64,000 nt of DNA. It comes from Candidatus Azotimanducaceae bacterium (GTDB taxonomy: Bacteria > Pseudomonadota > Gammaproteobacteria > Pseudomonadales > Azotimanducaceae). The stretch spans positions 1,153,797 through 1,217,796 of the forward strand of contig OZ241353.1 in the NCBI GenBank assembly GCA_965200375.1. The letters are read 5' to 3'. A program made the position numbers and the translations under genes. This document shows, one piece after another, positions 1-10,993 of the stretch (the first letter of the stretch is position 1; the number at the start of each line of letters is the position of its first letter). The notes beneath the pieces were generated by a model. The model saw only the letters and a program-made list of their open reading frames with translations. It ran no database searches and was not told the DNA's origin.

Positions 1-1125
1 GTAGAACAGCAGGAAGATCGTCATGAAGTCGCCGGGGGACATCTCGCCGGCGATGATCTTGTCGGACACCAGCACCACCATGTAGAGCGCTGTTGCCACC
101 ATGACCGCCAGCACCAGCACCAGGAGCAGAATGCCAGCCGCCAGGGAGAACCGTTCGCGCAGGAACGATTCGCTGCTGCGGGCGGCGAAACGCTCCGTTT
201 CCTGCCTCATGCCGCCGAGGCTCTGCACGGCGTGGACGTTGTCCATGGTCTCTTCCATGGCATTGGTGGTGGCCGCGCCGGCGGCGCGCTTGCGCTGATT
301 GACTCGGCGCAGCAGCGCGGACGCCGGAAAAGTGATGAGCAGGCTGGCGGGAAAGGCGCTCCAGGCGATCCACATCAGCTGCGGCGCCACGTCGGCGAAG
401 GAATAGGTGACGACGGAGAGATTGGCGGCGACGCCCACAACCACGAACAACGGGCGCCATGTGAGCCAGTAGCAGATGTCCGGCAGGGCCGGCGCGTCGT
501 ACAGCACCCGGTAGATGGAGTCGCCGATGCGCTGATCGTCCAGCGTCGTCATCGGCAGCCGCGTCAGGCGGCGAAACAGCCGCGTGCGCAACGCGTTGGC
601 CAGGCGCTGCGTCAGGCGCACCTGAACCATGTACTCGGCGACGCCCAGGAGGCCCCCGCCCTCGCTTTCGCCGGCGCTGATGCGGTTCTCGCCCTGGGTG
701 GCGGCATCGGCGCCTTCGAACATCTGCACCGCCATGCCGCCAGCCCGGGCGCCTACGAGAATCAGCAGCAAGGCGTACAGCCCGGTGAAGAACAGCATGA
801 TCTGCATCGGCGCCATGCCGTCGATGACGGCGACGATGGGGTCCATGAACGGCGGAAAGCGCACGCCGGTGCCGTGCAGCGGCTGCCCGAGCAGCACATT
901 GTCGGTGACGATCTTGGTCGCCCAGGGCAGCAGCAGCATGGGCAGCATCACGCCCAGGCCCAGGAGGACCTTGGCGGCGAGCAGGCCCTTGGCCTCCCCG
1001 AGCAGGCGCAGACTGCGCCGGGCGATGGCGATGGTCTGCGCGGTGGTGAGGTCCGTACGGGTGTCGAGGCGGTCGTCGTAGCGGCCCCGTTCTTCCGCCG
1101 GCGGTGCCAGAGCGGCTTCGCTCAT
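1..1125 (-). CDS. ABC exporter permease/ATPase, 5' part only (runs off window start)
   Basis: Absent from the ORF track because it has no stop in the window. The minus-strand frame opens at ATG 1125 (ATGA overlap with the stop of the upstream ABC gene) and reads MSEAALAPPAEERGRYDDRL... It is still open at position 1 (...KIIAGEMSPGDFMTIFLLFY), which looks like exporter TMD sequence. Confidence 0.6.
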   Translation of the reverse strand, partial: MSEAALAPPAEERGRYDDRLDTRTDLTTAQTIAIARRSLRLLGEAKGLLAAKVLLGLGVMLPMLLLPWATKIVTDNVLLGQPLHGTGVRFPPFMDPIVAVIDGMAPMQIMLFFTGLYALLLILVGARAGGMAVQMFEGADAATQGENRISAGESEGGGLLGVAEYMVQVRLTQRLANALRTRLFRRLTRLPMTTLDDQRIGDSIYRVLYDAPALPDICYWLTWRPLFVVVGVAANLSVVTYSFADVAPQLMWIAWSAFPASLLITFPASALLRRVNQRKRAAGAATTNAMEETMDNVHAVQSLGGMRQETERFAARSSESFLRERFSLAAGILLLVLVLAVMVATALYMVVLVSDKIIAGEMSPGDFMTIFLLFY

Positions 1126-3158
1126 GCAGCCTCGGCGCCTTGGGTTTCGGCTTCCACGAAGCGGCGGTAGCGGCCTTCCGGGCGCGCCATCAAGTCGTCG
1201 TGGCCGCCGATCTCGACGATGCGCCCCGCTTCCAGAAACGCGATCTGGTCGGCGTTGCGGATGGTGGAGAGGCGATGGGTGACGAGAAACACGATGCGCG
1301 TCCTGGCCCACTGCGCCACGTTCGCCAGCAGCCGCTGTTCGGTTTCGGCGTCCAGAGCGGCGGTGGGTTCGTCGAGAACGAGAATCGGCGTGTCGCGGAG
1401 CACGGCCCGGGCGATGGAGAGACGCTGCCGCTGGCCGGTGGAAAGCTTGCCGCCGCGCTCGCCGAGTTCGGTGCGGTAGCCCTTGGCCATCGGTTCGACG
1501 AACTCGGCGACGCAGGCGATGCGCCCAGCCGCCTCCACGTCCGACAGAGTGGCGTCGGGCGCGCCGTAGCGGACGTTGTCCGCCACCGTGGCGGCGAACA
1601 GCACGTTCTTCTGCAAGGCGATGGCCGTGTTGGCGCGGATGTCGTCGATGCGCAGCTGGCGGATGTCCGTGTCGTTGAACAGCACCGCGCCGCGATCCGG
1701 GTCGTACAGCCGCAGCAGCAGCGACATCAGCGTGGACTTGCCGGAGCCCGTGGCACCGACGATGGCGGTGACGGTGCCAGCGGACGCTTCGAGGTCCACG
1801 CCGTCGAGCACCGGTGCGCCGTCCCCGTAGGCGAAGGCGACGTCCCGGTAGACCACCCGCTGGACTAGGCGCGGAAACGCCCTCGGCCGGGCCACGTCGA
1901 CGACTTCCGGCTCCAGGTCGAGCAGATGGAACGCCCGTTCCAGGCCGATCAGCAGGTCCTGGATCTGGCACCACACGCGCACCAGGCCGAAACCGTGGTA
2001 CGCCGTCTCTTCTATTCTGCCGCGGCCGATGGTGAAGCTGCCGACGTTCCACACCACGAAGCCGACCACGGCCGCAGCGGCAGCGCCAAGGTAGGTCTCG
2101 CGCTCGACGATCACCCAGCCGGCCAGAACGTACTCCGTGCCGACGAGGAGGCCGCCGCCCACCATCATCACCGCGGCGCTCAGGAGCGCCATCTCCAGGC
2201 GCAGGTAGAAGGCGGCGTCGAGGGCGCGGCGGGAGTCGCTGTCGAAACGCTCCAGCATCTGCGACTCGGCGCGATTGGCCTTGACGACCTTCAACGCCGT
2301 GAACACCTCCTGCAGACGCGAAGTGAGGTCGCTGTTGGCTTCGCGGTTGGCGCGCACGCGGCTGCGAATTCGCGGCGTGTACTTGGCGGTGAGCCAGATC
2401 ATGGGCACCGCCGCGGCCATGCACACGAGGGCGATGCGGGGGCTGAAGAAGCCGATGACCACCAGCCCCCAAACCAGGGCGGAGAGCATGATCGCCGGGC
2501 CGATGACGGCTTCCTCCACGAGGTTGACGATCATGGCGCTGTCCTGGTAGATGCGGAACACCGCGTCGCCGACCTTGGCGTGGCTGTGGTACTTCAGCGA
2601 CAGCCGCTCGGCGCGGGCGATCATGGCGACGCGCAGGCGCTGGTTGATCTGGTGGCGGACCCAGGTGCCGTAGTAGGGCAGCGCGCCGATCGCGCTCAGC
2701 GTCAGCAAACTGCCGATCCCCACCCAGACGATCAGGCGATTGCGGACGGTGCGGCGTTGCGCTTGCGTCATCTGCTCCGCTGCCGCGCCTGCTTCGTCCG
2801 CTGCCTCCCCGATTGCCTCCCCTGCTTCCCGGTTCTCCGCCCCGATCTCGGCAGATGCCGCGGCGCCTGCCGCGGCGCCGACGTAGCCCGAGTCCAGATT
2901 CAGCAGCGTCGCCTGCAGCGGTTGCAGCTTCTCGCCGATCAGCACCTTGTTCAGGAGCAGGTCCGTCGCCAGCACCGTAAGGCCGCCGACAAAGAGAGCG
3001 GATACGGCGCCAAGCGCCACCACGGCACCGACGTGCCTCGCTACCGGGCGGATGAACGGCCAGGTGCGGAACACGAGCCGCAAGACCCCGCGGCCGTCGG
3101 CGGCCGGCGCCGGAACGGCCACCGGCGCCAAGGCGGCGCGGAGCTCCCGGACGATCAC
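1122..3158 (-). CDS. ABC transporter, fused permease/ATP-binding protein (MsbA-like exporter)
   Basis: 678-aa ORF. Walker A GATGSGKST, ABC signature LSTGQRQRLSIARA, Walker B ILVLDEPTAALD, and an N-terminal multi-TM region. Confidence 0.9.
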   Translation of the reverse strand: MIVRELRAALAPVAVPAPAADGRGVLRLVFRTWPFIRPVARHVGAVVALGAVSALFVGGLTVLATDLLLNKVLIGEKLQPLQATLLNLDSGYVGAAAGAAASAEIGAENREAGEAIGEAADEAGAAAEQMTQAQRRTVRNRLIVWVGIGSLLTLSAIGALPYYGTWVRHQINQRLRVAMIARAERLSLKYHSHAKVGDAVFRIYQDSAMIVNLVEEAVIGPAIMLSALVWGLVVIGFFSPRIALVCMAAAVPMIWLTAKYTPRIRSRVRANREANSDLTSRLQEVFTALKVVKANRAESQMLERFDSDSRRALDAAFYLRLEMALLSAAVMMVGGGLLVGTEYVLAGWVIVERETYLGAAAAAVVGFVVWNVGSFTIGRGRIEETAYHGFGLVRVWCQIQDLLIGLERAFHLLDLEPEVVDVARPRAFPRLVQRVVYRDVAFAYGDGAPVLDGVDLEASAGTVTAIVGATGSGKSTLMSLLLRLYDPDRGAVLFNDTDIRQLRIDDIRANTAIALQKNVLFAATVADNVRYGAPDATLSDVEAAGRIACVAEFVEPMAKGYRTELGERGGKLSTGQRQRLSIARAVLRDTPILVLDEPTAALDAETEQRLLANVAQWARTRIVFLVTHRLSTIRNADQIAFLEAGRIVEIGGHDDLMARPEGRYRRFVEAETQGAEAA

Positions 3159-3216
3159 GTTCGCCAGGCCGGGTTCGGTGCGTCTCGACCCGCCGCCGGC
3201 AAGCGCCCCCCAGCGC

Positions 3217-4308
3217 CTACTTCTTCCAAGCTGGCTGCGCGAGGCCGAGATGGATCATGGTCTCGCCGGTTGCCCGCAGCGTGTCCTCGATGGAGTGCGT
3301 TGCCAGCCCGAGTTCGGCCCGGGCCTTGGTGCAGTGCGCCCGGGGGCCGTCGTGGATCTTGCCGCCCCGCCGTTCGAGAAACGCCTCCATTTCCGGCGGC
3401 GCGCCGCCGACGTCGATGTCCGGGAACAGGCTCCGAAGATGCGCCTGCAACTCCCAGACGTTCAGCTCGCCGCTCCTGCCGGTGGCCGTGAGCTGGTAGC
3501 GGGAGCTCGGCCGCACGCTGCCGGATTCGGCGATCAGCACATGGGCCTCGGCCACGTCGCGCACGTCGACGATGTTCCACAGCGCCTGCCAGCCCCGCGG
3601 ACAGGGCTTGCCCTCCAACATCCGCGCCAGCGCATGCTGCCAGGAGCCCACCCCTTCCTGGGTCTTCGCCAGCAGCGGGCCGAGCACCACGCAAGGACAT
3701 ACGGACACGGCATCGAAGCGGCCGTCCTCTTCCGCGGCGCGATTCGCCTGCCGCTCCGTGGCCACCTTGGCCATCGCATAGGCGACGCCGCCGTTGCTGT
3801 CGATGTTCTCCTGCCGCCAGTTGGCGTCGTCGTCGCGGTTGTCCGTGGCCCAATCCGCCTCGGTGAACGCGTAGCCGCCCGGCGCCGGATGGCCGATGGC
3901 GGCGAAGGAGCTGGTGTAGACGACGCGCTTGACGGTGCCGGCGCGTTTCACGGAATCGAGCAGATTGCCCGTGCCGGCGACGGCGCCGTCGTACACCTGG
4001 CGCGGGCTGTAGCGCCCGGCGTAGCCGAGCGGCGAGCCGACGTGCAGCACCGCGGCGCAGCCGGCGAAGGGCGCATCGTAGCTGCCCGGCGCGAACAGAT
4101 CCGCGGCGAAGATGTGCAGCCGGCCGGTGCCGCCGGCCATGGCCGCCAATGCCAGGAGATGCGCCGTCTTGTCTGCGCTGCGGTGGTCCGTCACGCAGGC
4201 GTGGACGGCGTAGCCCCGGCGCAGCAGAGCGGCCACGGCGTGGCTGCCGATGTAGCCGGAAGCGCCGGTGACGGCGACCGGGCCGTCGCTTGCGGTCACG
4301 GATGGCAT
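3217..4308 (-). CDS. NAD-dependent epimerase/dehydratase (extended SDR, cinnamoyl/dihydroflavonol reductase-like)
   Basis: N-terminal Rossmann motif VAVTGASGYIGSH; 363 aa, typical for extended SDRs. Confidence 0.8.
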   Translation of the reverse strand: MPSVTASDGPVAVTGASGYIGSHAVAALLRRGYAVHACVTDHRSADKTAHLLALAAMAGGTGRLHIFAADLFAPGSYDAPFAGCAAVLHVGSPLGYAGRYSPRQVYDGAVAGTGNLLDSVKRAGTVKRVVYTSSFAAIGHPAPGGYAFTEADWATDNRDDDANWRQENIDSNGGVAYAMAKVATERQANRAAEEDGRFDAVSVCPCVVLGPLLAKTQEGVGSWQHALARMLEGKPCPRGWQALWNIVDVRDVAEAHVLIAESGSVRPSSRYQLTATGRSGELNVWELQAHLRSLFPDIDVGGAPPEMEAFLERRGGKIHDGPRAHCTKARAELGLATHSIEDTLRATGETMIHLGLAQPAWKK

Positions 4309-4416
4309 GGCATTCTCCTCGATGCGGACGGCGCCCTTAATGGCGTTAGCCTACCAAGAGAGCCGAGGACCTCACAGCTACGGAAACGAGCGAAAACCTC
4401 CTCCCGAAGAGTTCCC

Positions 4417-5781
4417 CTACGGCCACTTTTTCCGCTCATCCCGATCAGGCCCGAGGTCGTCAGGAGCATCCAACCCTGGGCGAATGGCGCGTTGCGCAAG
4501 ACGTCGGCCATCCAAATCGAAACTCTCCACCTTCATCGGCACATCGACTGGCAGGTAGAGCGCGGCCGACGCCACATGATCCGCCTCCATCCGGTCGTAG
4601 GGCACCTCGTCCGACCGATCCGGGTGCCTCGCCTCCACGATGCAGACCTTGGTCTTGCACTCCGGCACATCCACCGCCACGCTTCGTCTGCGCCCCCACA
4701 TGGCCATCCACAGCGGGCGGCCCCGTCGGTACTTTGTGGCCGCCGACAGCACATTTACATCTACGAACTTGGCGTAGCGGCCCACTCGCAGATGGCCGCC
4801 ATCCTCGTCCAACAGCACGACAGGCCCTTCATCCAGCAGTCCGCGCCGCGCCGCTTCGATGCGCAGCGGATGCTCGAAATGCCGGGCACTGCGTTCGCTG
4901 AGGGCCGTCTGATCAACGGTCAGGGGGTCAATGCCCGTCAACTGCCGCAGCACATAGGCCATCGGGAGCCAGGACTTTCGCTTGTGCTCCTGCAAGTGCG
5001 CGTAGCCGCAGTGGACCAGGACCTTGGCATCCGGTTCGGTTTCGAGGACTCTGCTCACGATGTTCCTCGCCTGCCACGAGTCGCGGTTGTTTTGACGTTT
5101 CCGGGCTGCCTCTGGATCCTGGGCCTCCACCGTGATTCTCTGGCTTGGCATCTCTTCGTAGGCAACGATTTCGTACCCCAATTGGATAGCCGACCGGATG
5201 AGCTCTCCGAAGACTACGTCGTTCGTGTAGTAGCCGCTTGCGCCAACCGGATACCTGCGATCGTTGATCGGATCTTCGTAAGACAATGCTTCTAATGCAA
5301 GGTACCGGAACCCCTGCTTCGCAAGCGGATCGAGCAAGGCCATTGTCAGCAACCGGTCGGCCGACACGTGGTGGCGCTCGTTCACCATGACGACTTGATG
5401 GCCCTTCGCCTCGCCGACAATATAGTCCAATGCTGGGAGCGCACTGAAAGCGCCGAAATCCGTCGCGTCCTCTGCCCTTGGTGCCTTCGAGTCGCTTCCG
5501 TCCACATACGACAGCGCGAGAGCATGGTTCCCTACGAAGGATTCCAACTGCGCTCGTGCGTACCGATAGTTGTGCCACCGAGCCGCTCTGCATTCATCCT
5601 CCAGCGAACGAACCTCTCGGAGCGACGTCCAGATTCGTGTGTCGTAGTTCGCCATTGAGAGCCGGTATATCCGGTCGCAAGCCTCCGAACCGTCCTCGGG
5701 GGCCTCGGCGGCCGAAGCACTGGAACACATCGCCAGGAGGCACTTGAAGACCACACCCCTGGTTTTCTTCGGTGGCCTCAT
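4417..5781 (-). CDS. Secreted hypothetical protein, possibly ChaN/Tiki-superfamily
   Basis: 454-aa ORF with balanced composition in a visibly lower-GC stretch and a signal-like N-terminus (CLLAMCSSASAAEA). The VVMVNERHH and VLVHCGYAHL motifs resemble the GxxH/ExH motifs of the Tiki/ChaN fold. Start is uncertain. Confidence 0.45.
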   Translation of the reverse strand: MRPPKKTRGVVFKCLLAMCSSASAAEAPEDGSEACDRIYRLSMANYDTRIWTSLREVRSLEDECRAARWHNYRYARAQLESFVGNHALALSYVDGSDSKAPRAEDATDFGAFSALPALDYIVGEAKGHQVVMVNERHHVSADRLLTMALLDPLAKQGFRYLALEALSYEDPINDRRYPVGASGYYTNDVVFGELIRSAIQLGYEIVAYEEMPSQRITVEAQDPEAARKRQNNRDSWQARNIVSRVLETEPDAKVLVHCGYAHLQEHKRKSWLPMAYVLRQLTGIDPLTVDQTALSERSARHFEHPLRIEAARRGLLDEGPVVLLDEDGGHLRVGRYAKFVDVNVLSAATKYRRGRPLWMAMWGRRRSVAVDVPECKTKVCIVEARHPDRSDEVPYDRMEADHVASAALYLPVDVPMKVESFDLDGRRLAQRAIRPGLDAPDDLGPDRDERKKWP

Positions 5782-5794
5782 GATCGGAGCAACG

Positions 5795-6730
5795 TCAGCG
5801 GCTGTAGTCGGCGTCCCCCTGCTGGCCGCTCTTGCCGACCGAGCCCGCCAAGGCCCGCTGCTTTGGTGCCGAGGCGTACTCGCCGCGGAAGTCGCCGAAG
5901 GGCCCGTCGCGCCACTCCAGCGCCGCCTTCAGGCCGTCTTCGCGCACCCGGCGGCCGAACTCGCTGGCGGCCGGGCGGTGCTTGGAGAGCGCCTCCACGT
6001 CCGTGCCGGACATCAGCCCGGTGCGGATGCCCATGATCTCGTACTGGCGGTTGACGGCGCGCTTGTTGTAGTTCAGCTGGTCGTTGTCGATGTGGCCGAG
6101 GCGCCGGGCGTACTTCGTGGTGAACGCTTCCAGCTCCTCCTTCGGCTTGGCGAAGGTGGCCCAGCCGAACTCCTCCATTTCCTCGCCGCTGAACCAGTCG
6201 CCGGTGTAGGCGAAGGCCCGGGCCTTGCCGGGCTTCAGCAGCCACGGCGCCCACATCATGTCCATGGTGCCCATGGCCCGCACCGGCGGATAGCCGACGC
6301 GGGCGTCGTTCGCCACCATGCGCATGTCGCACATCGACGTGAGCTCCGTGGCGCCGGCCAGGCACCAGCCGTGGACCTGCGCGATCACCGGCTTGGCCAG
6401 CTCCCAGATGAACCAGTGCCCCATCAGCGCGTGGCGCGACCAGTCGTAGTGCTGCGGATGGGTGGAACCGGTGTCCGGCATCCGCGAGCGGGCGCTCACG
6501 TAGTCGCTTTCTTCGTCCGGGTTCGGCGCGAGATCGTAGCCGGCGGAAAACGCCCGCCCGGCCGCCTTCAGGACGATGACGCCGATGGCCGGATCCGCCT
6601 CGGCTTCCTTCATCGCGTCGTACACCTCGCCGCGCAACGCGTGGCTGAGCGCGTTCAGCTTCTCCGGGCGGTTGAGCGTGATGAACGCCAGCCGGTCGTC
6701 GGTGTCGTAGAGGATGTTGTTGTAGGCCAT
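5795..6730 (-). CDS. Enoyl-CoA hydratase/isomerase (crotonase) family protein
   Basis: ITLNRPEKLNALS near the N-terminus, followed by a VIVLKAAGRAFSAGYDL crotonase-type oxyanion-hole segment. Confidence 0.85.
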   Translation of the reverse strand: MAYNNILYDTDDRLAFITLNRPEKLNALSHALRGEVYDAMKEAEADPAIGVIVLKAAGRAFSAGYDLAPNPDEESDYVSARSRMPDTGSTHPQHYDWSRHALMGHWFIWELAKPVIAQVHGWCLAGATELTSMCDMRMVANDARVGYPPVRAMGTMDMMWAPWLLKPGKARAFAYTGDWFSGEEMEEFGWATFAKPKEELEAFTTKYARRLGHIDNDQLNYNKRAVNRQYEIMGIRTGLMSGTDVEALSKHRPAASEFGRRVREDGLKAALEWRDGPFGDFRGEYASAPKQRALAGSVGKSGQQGDADYSR

Positions 6731-6774
6731 CGGTTTGCCTCCCTAACCGTTGTCTTGCTGTTTTCTCTGCCCGC

Positions 6775-7731
6775 TCACAGCGAGCCGAGGAACTTCAGCA
6801 TCGCTTCGTTGGTGCCATCGGGGTTTTCCTGCTGCGTCCAGTGGCCGATGCCGGGGAACGTCACCACCTCGCGCAGGTTCGGGACGACGGCGCGCATGCC
6901 TTCTTCGTAGCGCGGATTGCCCCGCGTCAGGTCGCGGTCGCCGGTGATGAACAGCGCCGGCTGCTCGATGCGCTTGCCTTGGAACGCCCCGGAGAGCGCC
7001 CACGTGCTGTCCAGATTCCGGTACCAGTTCAGCCCGCCGCGAAAGCCGGTGCGCTCGAACTCCGTGGTGAAGTAGTCCAGGTCCGCTTCGGTGAGCCACG
7101 CCGGCAGCTCCTCCGGATCGCGCATCTGATCGAGGAAGCTGGCCGTCTTCGGCAGCCGTCCGGGTCCGCCGGCCGCGTCTCCGGAGGCGGAGTAGAGCAG
7201 CATGCGCAAAGTTCGGCGCACGTCCTTCTGCAGCTCGTGTTCCGCCACGCCGGGGGTCTGGAAGTAGAGGATGTAGTAGAAGTTGTCGCCGGCCCAGGAC
7301 TTCATGCCGGCCGTGGGCGGGTAGGGCTGACGAGCGCTCGCCGGCACGCTGAGGCCGATCACCGCCCGAAAGACGTCCGGCCGCCACAGCGCGGCGTTCC
7401 ACGCCACCGGCGCGCCCCAGTCGTGGCCGGCGACGATGGCGCTGTCGGCGCCAAGGGCCTGCACCAGCCCCACGATGTCGCCGACCAGCTGGAATTGGGT
7501 GTAGGCGCCGACTTCCTTCGGCGCCTCGGTGCGGCCGTAGCCGCGCTGGTCCGGCGCAACGACGCGGTAGCCGGCGGCGGCCAGCGCCGGCAGCTGGTGG
7601 CGCCACGAGTACCAGGATTCCGGGAAGCCGTGGCACAGCACCACCAGAGGTCCGTCGGCGGGACCCGCCTCGGCGACGTGCATCTCGATGCCGTTCGTGG
7701 TCAGGGTGCGGTGGACGATCTCTTGCGACAA
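6775..7731 (-). CDS. Alpha/beta hydrolase, epoxide hydrolase-like
   Basis: VVLCHGFPESWYSWRHQLPALAAAGYRVVAPDQRGYGRTE and nucleophile elbow VAGHDWGA, as in soluble epoxide hydrolases. Confidence 0.85.
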   Translation of the reverse strand: MSQEIVHRTLTTNGIEMHVAEAGPADGPLVVLCHGFPESWYSWRHQLPALAAAGYRVVAPDQRGYGRTEAPKEVGAYTQFQLVGDIVGLVQALGADSAIVAGHDWGAPVAWNAALWRPDVFRAVIGLSVPASARQPYPPTAGMKSWAGDNFYYILYFQTPGVAEHELQKDVRRTLRMLLYSASGDAAGGPGRLPKTASFLDQMRDPEELPAWLTEADLDYFTTEFERTGFRGGLNWYRNLDSTWALSGAFQGKRIEQPALFITGDRDLTRGNPRYEEGMRAVVPNLREVVTFPGIGHWTQQENPDGTNEAMLKFLGSL

Positions 7732-7764
7732 CGCAGCCTCCCTAAGCGTGTGCCGTTTGCGGTC

Positions 7765-10596
7765 TCAAGAACCGAAACGATAGCGGAGCTTGACGACGAA
7801 GAGGTCCACGATGGGTTCGTCGATGGCGTCCAGGAACAGATCGGTGAACCCGCTCTCGGTGCGATCCGGCAGGTTGCCGCCCCGGGTGTACACCACGAAC
7901 AGATCCGAAAGCGGCCCGATCTCCCACCGGTAGCGCACCTGGGCGACCAGGCGGGAGATGGCGAAGTCCTCGTCTTCCAGAGGCACGGCCCGGCGCACCA
8001 GCTCGCCGCCGCCTTCCGGCACCTCGAAGAACTCCCGCTTGCGGGCCTTGATGCCGGCCCACTGGGCCGTCAGCCGCAACTGCTGCTTGGCGGTGAGGAA
8101 CAGGTCCACGGCCAGGCGCGGTTGCAGATCGTAGGCCTGGTAGGTGGTGAAGTCGCCGTCGCCGCGATGCACCAGCCAGCCGTCGCGATCCTTGTAGCGC
8201 AGGTCGAAGTCCACCGAGAAGCGATGCGTGGGCGTGAAGGTGAAGCCGGTGTCGAACAGGTGCGTGGTGCCGCCGAGTTCCTCGCCGTCCACGCCAAGCG
8301 CGAAGGAGATGGAGAGCGGCTTGGCGGAATCCGTGCCGAACTGCATTTGCGCGAAGGTCCGATCCCTTACCCGGAAGGCGCCGTGGCCGCGGCTGTTGAC
8401 ATCGTCCCAGCGGCTCGGGAAGTGGTTCGCCATCAGGCGCAGCTGGGCGTTGTTGCGGAAGGTGAAGCCGATGCCGGCGAAGGCGCCGCTGCGCGTCGTC
8501 AGGCCGCTCGTGTTCTCCTCGTAGCTGGCGAAGAAGCTGGCGCGGATGGCGCGCAGGCGGGATTCCGGGCCCCGGGCGATGTTCCGGAAGATGCCGCAGG
8601 TGGCGCCGATGGCGTCCGTGCGCCGCACGTAGCCGAAGGCGCCGACGTTCAGGTTCTCGTCCAGATAGTCCAGGGAGCAGCGCCCGGAGGTGCCGAGGCC
8701 GAGGGAGTAGGCGATGTCGGTGTAGACGCCGTAGCCGCGCACATCCTCCACCTCGCTGGCGATGAACTGGGTGTCCCACTCCACTCGTCCGCCGGCGGTG
8801 AGCAGATGGGTGTCGACGCCGTGGACGACGGCCTTGTCGAGCCCTTCGTCCACCATCGTGCCCAGGTAGCCGATGCCCTGCCGGCCGCCGCCGCCGCTGC
8901 GTTCGTAGAGCAAGCGGGCGGCGGCGAAGTCCCGCCCGTCGGCGGTGAACACGGCGTCCCGTCCAGCGCGGGCGCCGCGCAGTTCCACCTGGTCCTCGAA
9001 GGCGCCGAGCATGCCGTAGCGCAGGCCGCCGGCGTGGCCCACCACCTTCACCGCGCCGAGCAGGTCCGTGGGGCGGCTGCGTTCCACGTCCGGCACGTCG
9101 AAGTCGTCGGGCACTTCCACGTGCCGCGCCTGGCCGCCGATGCGCCGCGTGTTGAGCAGCGTCGTGGGTTCGCGGAAGAAGGTCTGGGGCGAACGGCGCG
9201 CCCCCTGACCCTGGGGCCCGCTGCCGGAGCCCCGCGGGTTGGCCCGGGGCGAGGTTTCGAACACCTCGTTGCCTTCGAGGAAGAACAGGCGCTTCTCGGG
9301 AAAGTACGTCTCGAAGGCGGTGAGATTGACTACCACGTCGTCGGATTCGACGGCGCCGAAATCCGGGTTCAGCGCCGCGGTGAGCTGCACGCTGGTGGAG
9401 GGCCGCCACACCACGTCCACGCCGCCGTTCACGCCGTGCTCGTCGTGGATGCCGTCGCTGGTGGCGGCGGCGTAGGGGAACACGGCCCACTCCCTGGCCG
9501 GGCGCACGTCGCGCAGCGCCAGCGGTTCGAGGGCGGACATGAAGCGCGGCGACGTGAACGGCAGCACCGGCCAGCTGTAGCGCTCGTCCATGTGCGCCAC
9601 CTTGCGGTTCACCCAGAACCCGAGGGTGCGTTCCGGCCCGCTGCCGGGCATGGACATCATCGCCCAGGGCAGGAACATCTCCACGCTCCAGCCGTCTTCC
9701 GTCTGTGCCGATGCGCCCCGCCAAGGGCCGTCCCACTGGCGGGTGAAGGTGCGCTCGGCGGCCACCTTGCCGTCCGCCAGCGAGCCGCCGAGACTGACGC
9801 TGAACCAGTAGCCGTAGAGGCCCTCGCCGGAGGTGTCGAGGGTGATGCCGTAGGCGTCGCGGTTGATGTACTGGTCCCGGGAGGAGAGGCGGGCCACCAG
9901 GGTGTCCGGCGGCTGCGCCATCTCCGCGGCCACGTACAGCCCCCGGTTGCTGTAGATGAAGCGCGAGGCGGTGGCGTAGGTGGGCGCGGCGAGGGTCTCC
10001 GGCTCCATCACCCGCATGTTGTCGTAGGCTGGCGCTTGCCGCCACGCCGGCTCGTCCACGCGGCCGTCGATGGCTATTTCCGGCTCGTCGATGCGCAAAG
10101 CCACGACCGGCCTCCCGGCCTTTGCCCCGACGGCCGGGGGACCGGGCACCATCGGCGCCGCGCCGGGGCGTTCCCTCGGCGCGGTCTCGGCGACCGCCGT
10201 GCTTTCCGCAGGCTTGGCAGGCGCGGCAATCGGCGCGATGCGCCTCGGTTCGGGGGATGCGGGCGGCGCTGCAACCGTCGCATCCGGCGCCGCGGGGGGC
10301 GGCGCATCGGCGAGAAACCAGGCATCGATGCCCTTGGCCTTGGCGATGCCGATGAGCGCCTTGGCCGCGCCTTCCGGCATGGACGCCGAAACGATGCGGT
10401 GGCGGCCCTCGGAACCCCGGACGAGTGCTGCCGCCAAGCGCAGTTCGGTGGCCAAGACGCCGCCGAGCCGCTGCCGTTCGCGCTCCGCGAGGCCGACGTC
10501 GACGAAGCTGCCGAACACCGCCGCGCCGGTGCGGTGCGCGGTGGCGAACCCCGGCAGCGCCATGCCGATGGCCACCAGGGCAAGCAGCGTGCGCAT
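7765..10596 (-). CDS. Large secreted/outer-membrane-associated protein, CBM9-like/DUF5916-type with a SPOR-like N-terminal segment
   Basis: Signal peptide [20 protein letters not shown] and the segment [26 protein letters not shown] (CBM9/DUF5916-like). The long beta-rich C-terminus ends LRYRFGS. Start was chosen at the internal M of the 956-aa ORF. Confidence 0.7.
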   Translation of the reverse strand: MRTLLALVAIGMALPGFATAHRTGAAVFGSFVDVGLAERERQRLGGVLATELRLAAALVRGSEGRHRIVSASMPEGAAKALIGIAKAKGIDAWFLADAPPPAAPDATVAAPPASPEPRRIAPIAAPAKPAESTAVAETAPRERPGAAPMVPGPPAVGAKAGRPVVALRIDEPEIAIDGRVDEPAWRQAPAYDNMRVMEPETLAAPTYATASRFIYSNRGLYVAAEMAQPPDTLVARLSSRDQYINRDAYGITLDTSGEGLYGYWFSVSLGGSLADGKVAAERTFTRQWDGPWRGASAQTEDGWSVEMFLPWAMMSMPGSGPERTLGFWVNRKVAHMDERYSWPVLPFTSPRFMSALEPLALRDVRPAREWAVFPYAAATSDGIHDEHGVNGGVDVVWRPSTSVQLTAALNPDFGAVESDDVVVNLTAFETYFPEKRLFFLEGNEVFETSPRANPRGSGSGPQGQGARRSPQTFFREPTTLLNTRRIGGQARHVEVPDDFDVPDVERSRPTDLLGAVKVVGHAGGLRYGMLGAFEDQVELRGARAGRDAVFTADGRDFAAARLLYERSGGGGRQGIGYLGTMVDEGLDKAVVHGVDTHLLTAGGRVEWDTQFIASEVEDVRGYGVYTDIAYSLGLGTSGRCSLDYLDENLNVGAFGYVRRTDAIGATCGIFRNIARGPESRLRAIRASFFASYEENTSGLTTRSGAFAGIGFTFRNNAQLRLMANHFPSRWDDVNSRGHGAFRVRDRTFAQMQFGTDSAKPLSISFALGVDGEELGGTTHLFDTGFTFTPTHRFSVDFDLRYKDRDGWLVHRGDGDFTTYQAYDLQPRLAVDLFLTAKQQLRLTAQWAGIKARKREFFEVPEGGGELVRRAVPLEDEDFAISRLVAQVRYRWEIGPLSDLFVVYTRGGNLPDRTESGFTDLFLDAIDEPIVDLFVVKLRYRFGS

Positions 10597-10768
10597 GCGC
10601 ACGCTGGCGTCGGGAACGAAGAAAATCAAACGCAATCAACCCGCAGGCGTAATCTGGCATCGTAGCACCCTCGCCGTCGGCGCTGCCAGCCTCGGCACGT
10701 TGGCGCCGGGCGCAGGGCGGCAAGTCGGCATCAACGCAATGGGAGGAGCACGGCATGGGGAAGCGGGC

Positions 10769-10954
10769 ATGAGCGGACAGCAGGCAGGCACCAGAAAGTG
10801 GCAGTGCGCGACCTGCGGCTTCATCTACGACGAGGCCGCCGGGCTGCCGGAGGAAGGCATCGCCGCTGGCACGCGCTGGGAGGACATCCCGGAGGACTGG
10901 GTGTGCCCCGAGTGCGCGACGCCGAAGTCCGACTTCGACATGATGGAGATCTAG
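10769..10954 (+). CDS. Rubredoxin
   Basis: [12 protein letters not shown] ... [14 protein letters not shown] carries two CxxC pairs with classic rubredoxin spacing. It is the C-terminal part of the 294-aa track ORF. An alternative ATG lies at 10739. Confidence 0.85.
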   Translation: MSGQQAGTRKWQCATCGFIYDEAAGLPEEGIAAGTRWEDIPEDWVCPECATPKSDFDMMEI

Positions 10955-10993
10955 GACGCCGGTCCTTTTGGCGAGCGCCCGGCTGGCGCTGCC

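Noticed and set aside
6841-10665. 1274-aa plus-strand ORF
   Set aside because: Its composition is Arg/Gly/Ala/Pro-rich and low in complexity. It lies antisense to three well-supported minus-strand genes (hydrolase, DUF5916-like protein). This is a typical high-GC shadow frame.
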